From Candidatus Heimdallarchaeota archaeon (GTDB lineage: Archaea; Asgardarchaeota; Heimdallarchaeia; Heimdallarchaeales; Heimdallarchaeaceae), in the NCBI GenBank assembly GCA_021399345.1, contig JAAFKI010000045.1, positions 128,001-192,000 on the forward strand: 64,000 bases of DNA, read 5' to 3'. Numbering within the stretch: the first letter of the stretch is position 1; every line of letters starts with the position of its first letter. Of this stretch, positions 58,451-64,000 are shown piece by piece. Below the pieces are notes generated by a model. The model was not told the origin of the DNA. It made no database searches and saw nothing but the letters and a program-made list of their open reading frames with translations. The position numbers were made by a program, and so were the translations under genes.

Positions 58451-59729
58451 GAGTCACATTAGCAATTCGCTGATTGAGTTTCCAAGCATCCAACGCATAC
58501 CGTTCTTGGTGTGTCCAATTTCCTTCAATTTTGCCAAGAGAACTTAGTTTTCCAAGAATCTTCTTTATTTGAGGATAAACTGGTTTGAATTTTGCGCCTT
58601 CAAGGTTAGTTCCTGGTAAAGGCATGAAAACATGTGCTCTTATTATAGAGTTTCTTCTTATTAGATCCTTTATAACCTTGATTGTTTCCATTTCATCATC
58701 CTCAGTAGCAGTTGGTAATCCTATTATTATATCAACAACAGGTGTAAAACCTGTATCATCGAGAATCTCTATTGCTTCAATCCCTTCCTCAACTGTATGT
58801 CCTCTTTGAATTTCTTTGAGAACTCTATCACTACCTGATTGAAGACCAATAGATATTCGAGAATTTGAAATAATTGGCTTAATGTCCTTCATCAAACTAG
58901 AAGATACAGTTTCAGGACGCACTTCTCCAGGAAATGTACCAAAATAAACATTATCAATTCCAGGGGTTGATTTAATTGATGATAAAAGATAGAGGATTGC
59001 ATCTTTATTGACTTCTTCAGGTTTTGAAGACATATAACCAAAGGAATTAGGGGTAATAAAACGGATATCGTTTAGCTTTTGAGTTCCCATCCATTTTATT
59101 ACATCTAGAATTATTTCAGGAGATCTATGTCTTGTTCTATGCTTGAAAAGTTTCGGAACTTGACAAAATGTACACCCAAAAGAACACCCCCTGCTTATCT
59201 CCAATGGTGGATAAAGCCTCCTTTTCGGGGATAGGAAGGGATAATCATCCAGAACTATGGGGTCAGGTCTTTTAGTTAAACGTAATGAATTATCTTCCAA
59301 AAACCCAATACCAGGAGTTCCAAATAAGTCTTCATTGTCCTTAAATCGTCTAACAAAATCAGTAAATGAGTATTCTGCTTCCCCAATAAAAACAAAGTCA
59401 AAACCAGATTTTAATGTTGTAAGAGGGCTACCAGAAGGATGACTTCCACCTGAGATGAAGGTTACTTTATCTAGTTCTGATTTATTTAGTGAGGAATAAA
59501 TTGTTTTCATCCGAGCATAAATATCTTCAAATTGCGCAGTTCTAAAAGAAAAACCTACAATGAGTTTTTCATATTTTTCCAAGAGCTTTCGGATTTTTAA
59601 TGGATTAAGATTTTTTTCAAGTAAGAAATCTAAATTACGTAAATTAGTATTGGCATCTATAGTTGCAACTAAAGGTGTAAGACTGTAGAAATTCTTCTTA
59701 GTAAAATCAAAAACAATTGCTGATGTCAT
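58422..59729 (-). CDS. B12-binding-domain radical SAM protein
   Basis: GGSHPS, GEAE, EISRGCSFGCTFC, SIGLQSGS. ATG at 59729 lies 11 nt downstream of the kae1 stop. Confidence 0.9.
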   Translation of the reverse strand: MTSAIVFDFTKKNFYSLTPLVATIDANTNLRNLDFLLEKNLNPLKIRKLLEKYEKLIVGFSFRTAQFEDIYARMKTIYSSLNKSELDKVTFISGGSHPSGSPLTTLKSGFDFVFIGEAEYSFTDFVRRFKDNEDLFGTPGIGFLEDNSLRLTKRPDPIVLDDYPFLSPKRRLYPPLEISRGCSFGCTFCQVPKLFKHRTRHRSPEIILDVIKWMGTQKLNDIRFITPNSFGYMSSKPEEVNKDAILYLLSSIKSTPGIDNVYFGTFPGEVRPETVSSSLMKDIKPIISNSRISIGLQSGSDRVLKEIQRGHTVEEGIEAIEILDDTGFTPVVDIIIGLPTATEDDEMETIKVIKDLIRRNSIIRAHVFMPLPGTNLEGAKFKPVYPQIKKILGKLSSLGKIEGNWTHQERYALDAWKLNQRIANVTPIQREDSRQ

Positions 59730-59740
59730 ATAATCACAAT

Positions 59741-60745
59741 TTATCTCCAAGTAACTTCCACATCTTCAGGTCTGAAATGTTGGTCCACTATTGTGTCCTC
59801 AAATTCAGTCGTCACACCTGATTGCTTCATTAAAATCCCTAACCATGCTATCATTACACCATTATCTAGAGCTAGATCAGCATTAAGACCTCTAAAAGAA
59901 GCATCATGGGAACTGGCCATTTCTTCAAGCATTTTCTTTAATCGCGAATTAGCTGCTACCCCACCACACACTAAAACTTCTTCCTTCTTTGTATGAGCTA
60001 AAGCTCTTTCTGTAACTTCAACTAACATAGAGAAAACTGTTTCTTGGAGACTAAATGCGATATCTTCAAGTGGGTGTTTCTTACTATTTAACAATCGGGT
60101 AGCATGAGTAAGAATACCTGAAAAGGATACATCCATTCCTTTTATCACATATGGGATGGAAACATAGGTTGAACTTTTCAATGCTTCTAGCTCGATCATT
60201 CTCCCCATTGGATTCTCTTTGTCACTTAAACCAGCATTTCTTCCAAAGACATCTAAACAATTTCCTACTGGTATATCTATTGTTTCACCAAATACCCTGT
60301 ATCTTCTTTCAGAGAACGCAATGACTTGTGTATTTCCTCCAGATACATACAGAACAACAGGATCATCAAGTTCTCCAACTAATCTTCCAATTTCAACATG
60401 TGCAATTGGGTGGTTCACCGCCATTAGTGGTTTACCCAAGGATAAAGAAAGAGTTCTTGCAGTAACGGCACCTATTCTTAAACAGGGTCCCAATCCCGGT
60501 CCTTTTGTAAAAGAAATCAAATCGATTTCCTCAGGTTTAATGCCTGATTCATGGAAGGCATCTTCTATTGCTTTGGGCATTGTAGAGGAGTGATATTCCG
60601 AAGCTTCTCTAGGATGAATTCCACTTCCATAAGGGGGTTTGTAGGTTCTTCGAACATTTGATAACACATTTCCTTTGTCATCTATAATACCAACGCCCAA
60701 TTTATCAGCAGAACTTTCTATTCCTAAAGAAATCATTGATATCAC
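59741..60745 (-). CDS. kae1: KEOPS tRNA threonylcarbamoyltransferase Kae1
   Basis: LGIESSA, GIHPREA, GPGLGP.L, VNH..AHVEIG, LYVSGGNTQVI, GETID, DNGVMIAW, FRPEDVEVTWR. Confidence 0.96.
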   Translation of the reverse strand: MISMISLGIESSADKLGVGIIDDKGNVLSNVRRTYKPPYGSGIHPREASEYHSSTMPKAIEDAFHESGIKPEEIDLISFTKGPGLGPCLRIGAVTARTLSLSLGKPLMAVNHPIAHVEIGRLVGELDDPVVLYVSGGNTQVIAFSERRYRVFGETIDIPVGNCLDVFGRNAGLSDKENPMGRMIELEALKSSTYVSIPYVIKGMDVSFSGILTHATRLLNSKKHPLEDIAFSLQETVFSMLVEVTERALAHTKKEEVLVCGGVAANSRLKKMLEEMASSHDASFRGLNADLALDNGVMIAWLGILMKQSGVTTEFEDTIVDQHFRPEDVEVTWR

Positions 60746-60820
60746 TCTGACTACGTTAGTTTAAAGGTTTCTTTTTGAAACTATTTAGTAATCTTTAATA
60801 TGTCTGAATTGTAGTTCTTT

Positions 60821-61756
60821 ATGATGCCCCCCATGATAGAAGCTGTTTTTCCTTGGGAAAAACAAAAGAAAGCTGTTATGAAGAAAAATCAAGAATTGGG
60901 TAATCTACTTAAGATTAATTTTGTATTCATGTATTTCCTACTCTTTGTATTCACAGTTTTAGGGAAACTCTATCCTTTACTCAGAATCTTCGATATGAAT
61001 TTATTAGGGTATAAAAGTTGGTTAGTAGAATCCTTAGGATATTTAGTGTACAACTGGTGGATTAGCATAGTTTTGTTCTTCAGTTCTTTAATAATTTCTA
61101 TTTTTCTTTCACTGTTAATAACAAAAACTAGTATAGGGGTGTTTAGAGGTTACTTGGAATATTTAAAAATTGACTTCAAAGATAAAAAACGAGGTTTAAT
61201 AGTTAAAACAGTCATCAAAGATATCACAATTATAGCTGGTTTTTCTCTTATAGTTTTTCTAATTTTAGAATTCATAACGTTCGCAGTCAGCTCTCTAATA
61301 GCATCATTTGTTCTTCCAATTGTTTATACTTTAGATGAAACTTCTCTTGCTAATGTTTTTCTCTCTATATTAATATCTCATATCATCTTCTTTCCTTTAT
61401 TTGTCTTTATTTACCAAAGAATGATAAACAAAAAACTAATCCCAACTGAAACATTTAATTTTAAAGAATTTATGAAGGAAGACGGGGAGGTTGATATGGA
61501 AAAGTGGAGATTAAGAACTTGGGGGAAAAAACCATATACATTTAATTGGGAGGAAGAAGAAGTATTTCCAATTACATGTTTTTCATGTGGTTCTATTATA
61601 TCAAGCAATTTAACTGTCTGTCCTATATGTGATGCGGATTTAGTCAAGGAAATTGAAGAAATTGATACTGAATATTCGGCTGAAAATACTGAAGCAGATA
61701 ATAATCTAGACATTGTTAATGACAATAATCATGAAGAAGAAAAAAACAATTCTTAA
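60821..61756 (+). CDS. 4-TM membrane protein with C-terminal zinc ribbon and acidic tail
   Basis: Four hydrophobic segments; CFSCG...CPICD. Confidence 0.8.
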   Translation: MMPPMIEAVFPWEKQKKAVMKKNQELGNLLKINFVFMYFLLFVFTVLGKLYPLLRIFDMNLLGYKSWLVESLGYLVYNWWISIVLFFSSLIISIFLSLLITKTSIGVFRGYLEYLKIDFKDKKRGLIVKTVIKDITIIAGFSLIVFLILEFITFAVSSLIASFVLPIVYTLDETSLANVFLSILISHIIFFPLFVFIYQRMINKKLIPTETFNFKEFMKEDGEVDMEKWRLRTWGKKPYTFNWEEEEVFPITCFSCGSIISSNLTVCPICDADLVKEIEEIDTEYSAENTEADNNLDIVNDNNHEEEKNNS

Positions 61757-61778
61757 ATTAAACCAGACAGTTATTTCA

Positions 61779-62063
61779 TCAATTAACTCCGAATATAATG
61801 CCTGCTACAATCATACCTAGAATTAAAATTAATAAGAATCCAGGGAAGAAACCATTACGTATCCTTGTCTTTCTTAAGCAACCAGGGCACAAAGTTATTT
61901 CTTCTTGCTGGTGTGTTTGTGATTGAAACATCGCTAATAATGCATTTGTTTGCCAGTAAGTTTTAGAGCATTCATCACAAATAGGAAGCTTACACCTATT
62001 ACATTCATTGACTGCAGTATATTTTGTATGAATATAACATGTATTTTCTGACATTTTAATCAC
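61779..62063 (-). CDS. B-box-like zinc finger protein with C-terminal TM helix
   Basis: CYIH...A...CNRC..PICDEC...LCPGC followed by a hydrophobic tail. Confidence 0.75.
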   Translation of the reverse strand: MIKMSENTCYIHTKYTAVNECNRCKLPICDECSKTYWQTNALLAMFQSQTHQQEEITLCPGCLRKTRIRNGFFPGFLLILILGMIVAGIIFGVN

Positions 62064-62158
62064 TTTATTGCCTCAGCCAAAAGTCGATCATCAATGATCA
62101 GGTCGTTGCAACTACATCATTGGCAAATAAGGATTATTTTGTTAATTTTAAAGAATTC

Positions 62159-63052
62159 CTATTGCGATGAAACTAATGAAACAATTTTATCCACTACAAG
62201 TTCTCGAAGTTTTTTTATTGTATTTTCACCTTTGATTGTTTCAATTAAAGGCAATTTGCGTATTTTAGTTTCATTAATAAGGAGCTCATGAATCTTTCTG
62301 ATATTCTCGAAATGATTGAGTAAATCTTCCTTTTCTTGAGTATATTGAGAACTTAGGTTTTCTCTATGCATCTCAGGATCTGGAACAGCTATTGTGATGT
62401 AAAGCACATTTGGCTTATTTAGAATAATTTCATCAAAGAATGCTGGTAGTAAATGTTCCCCCTCTACAACAATCGATACTGACTCTTTTTCAGCCCTCGA
62501 TAAAATTGCATCAACACCTATGTTAACTAGTTTTGAGTGATTCTCAAATCCTATAAGTACTTCATCAAAACGACTGCTGTAAATTGGTCGAAGAGTCTGA
62601 TAAGCCTTATAGGATGAAGAATGAAGCTCAGGCATTACATCTGCTGAAAGAACCTTTCTTAAAACATCACGAACTACTTGAGTTCCCACAACATGTTGAA
62701 TACCCAAGTCTCCAGCTATTTGTCTGGATAGAGTGCTTTTTCCAGCACCAATGGCACCAGATATAAGTATCCACAGAGGAATATTGGAATCTCTCCATTG
62801 TTCAATCATCAAATATTTGTTGCCAGCACTAATATCTTGTAAATTAGTTAAATGAGAAGAAACAATTTCATCTAGTCTCTGTTTACTAATAGTGTTTTTC
62901 TGGAGATTTGCTAAATCATTATAAATTTGAATCGAGAATTCATAACCTTCTGAGAGTGAAAAACCAATCATTCTTAGTTTTTGGGCTAAAATCCCTCTAG
63001 AAAATAACTTCTTCGTTTTTCCTTGAATATAGATTTGAGGTCCTTTCTCCAT
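62159..63052 (-). CDS. 2-phosphoglycerate-kinase-like protein with ATP-cone-like N-terminus (paralogue 1, D-to-Q variant)
   Basis: FSRGIL, ISGAIGAGKST, PELHSSSY.AY, IVVEGEHL, F..IRKI. Confidence 0.85.
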   Translation of the reverse strand: MEKGPQIYIQGKTKKLFSRGILAQKLRMIGFSLSEGYEFSIQIYNDLANLQKNTISKQRLDEIVSSHLTNLQDISAGNKYLMIEQWRDSNIPLWILISGAIGAGKSTLSRQIAGDLGIQHVVGTQVVRDVLRKVLSADVMPELHSSSYKAYQTLRPIYSSRFDEVLIGFENHSKLVNIGVDAILSRAEKESVSIVVEGEHLLPAFFDEIILNKPNVLYITIAVPDPEMHRENLSSQYTQEKEDLLNHFENIRKIHELLINETKIRKLPLIETIKGENTIKKLRELVVDKIVSLVSSQ

Positions 63053-63100
63053 TTTTTTATCACGGTAAATTAACTTTAAAGAAAAGTATAATTAAACTGT

Positions 63101-63118
63101 TAAAAAGTTAACTTTTTA
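63101..63118. promoter_or_regulatory. Perfect 18-bp palindrome TAAAAAGTTAACTTTTTA in a divergent promoter region
   Basis: The palindrome is read directly; a regulatory role is inferred from its position. Confidence 0.5.
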
Positions 63119-63143
63119 GATAAGATTGTTATTATTATGCTTA

Positions 63144-64000
63144 ATGACTAGTAATAATTCCGACAATTTTCTTAGAATTAAAACGAAGAAAGACAAGTAT
63201 GAGTACTTCTCAAAAGGTATATTGTCTTCATCTTTGTTTTCTATCGGAATTAATGCTAATCTTGCTTTAGAGGTAGCAAATCAAGTAGAAGAAGAAATTA
63301 GTTCAGCTTCTGAAACACCCTCTAAGAAAAAGCTGATTAAAATCATAACATCAGCAATTGAAAAAATAGACAAACGTTTAGCTGAGAGATATATAGTTTT
63401 TGAAGGAGAGGAGAAATACAAACCCATCATTGTCTTATTAGCTGGAGTCCCCGGAATTGGTAAAAGTACTCTCTCTGTAGATCTTTCAAAGAGACTTGAA
63501 ATAACAAACATAATTGGGACCGATATGGTTAGAGAGATTCTAAGACAGACAATTTCTTCTAATCTAATACCAGAATTACATAGTAGTAGCTATGATGCTT
63601 ACAAGCACTTGAAACCAACGATAAATCCAATCTTACGACAATCAATAGTTGGTTATGAAGAACAATGCAGGCATGTGATTGTTGGCGTGGAAGCTGCTAT
63701 TCAATCAGCTTTGTACTCTAGAGAAAACACAATTATTGAAGGGGTTCATCTCGCACCCAATATTCTAAATCGGTCTATTCTTGAAGAATCACACGTCTTG
63801 ATGATACTTTTATATTTAGAAAATGAAGAAGAACATCTGAGAAGAATTAGATCAAGAGGTTCAGAAGTCAAACAAAGAGGTGCAGACAGATATCTTAGCT
63901 CATTTCAAGAGATAAGAAAAATACAAACTTATCTAGTTGAAGAAGCAAATAAACTCAATATCCCTATAATAGAGACTTCAGATGGAACAATTGCTATAGA
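63144..64000 (+). CDS. 2-phosphoglycerate-kinase-like protein (paralogue 2; truncated by the window end)
   Basis: Absent from the ORF track. Manual translation from ATG at 63144 gives MTSNNSDNFLRIK...FSKGILSSSL...LLAGVPGIGKST...IGTDMVREILR...PELHSSSYDAY...IIEGVHL. Confidence 0.88.
   Translation, partial: MTSNNSDNFLRIKTKKDKYEYFSKGILSSSLFSIGINANLALEVANQVEEEISSASETPSKKKLIKIITSAIEKIDKRLAERYIVFEGEEKYKPIIVLLAGVPGIGKSTLSVDLSKRLEITNIIGTDMVREILRQTISSNLIPELHSSSYDAYKHLKPTINPILRQSIVGYEEQCRHVIVGVEAAIQSALYSRENTIIEGVHLAPNILNRSILEESHVLMILLYLENEEEHLRRIRSRGSEVKQRGADRYLSSFQEIRKIQTYLVEEANKLNIPIIETSDGTIAI

Noticed and set aside
58422-59729. Radical SAM gene as the t6A methylthiotransferase MtaB
   Set aside because: No N-terminal three-Cys UPF0004 domain and no C-terminal TRAM domain; the N-terminus is of the B12-binding type.
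5517-63511. The many short opposite-strand or alternate-frame ORFs nested in long genes (e.g. 9145-9456, 11340-11858, 32523-32960, 52185-52613, 60219-60593, 63281-63511)
   Set aside because: They overlap well-supported genes and mostly show the Ser/Ile/Phe-rich composition expected from antisense reading of Glu/Lys-rich coding DNA.
1-64000. tRNA, rRNA, transposase, integrase or prophage genes
   Set aside because: I saw no GC-rich structured RNA segments, T-loop motifs in cloverleaf context, or recombinase, transposase or capsid motifs. Intergenic gaps are short and AT-rich. A covariance-model scan would be needed to exclude small ncRNAs.

Overview
A gene-dense, AT-rich archaeal chromosome segment, most consistent with an Asgard archaeon (Heimdallarchaeia-like). 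The basis is archaeal housekeeping genes (ArgRS, AlaRS, TFB, PriS/PriL, XPD, Kae1, Bud32, COG1107-type RecJ, SepF, GlnA) together with eukaryote-like modules (Roadblock, longin, JAMM, RING, B-box). I saw no rRNA, tRNA, CRISPR array or mobile element. The best candidates for new biology are: (1) a cluster at 49.9-56.7 kb with three paralogous proteins sharing a divergent Roadblock-like C-terminal domain, two of them fused to N-terminal longin-like domains, next to an acidic disordered protein, a kinase-fold protein and a tail-anchored JAMM isopeptidase; (2) a primase small subunit with an inserted zinc module resembling the GlyRS insertion domain; (3) a membrane subtilase resembling eukaryotic site-1 protease along its length; (4) a protein with about 8 winged helices and a RING finger; (5) a TPR-coupled PD-(D/E)XK nuclease ending in a PIP box; (6) head-to-head 2-phosphoglycerate-kinase-like paralogues, one with a D-to-Q change, flanking a perfect 18-bp palindrome. 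All family assignments come from motif recognition by eye; no searches were run.
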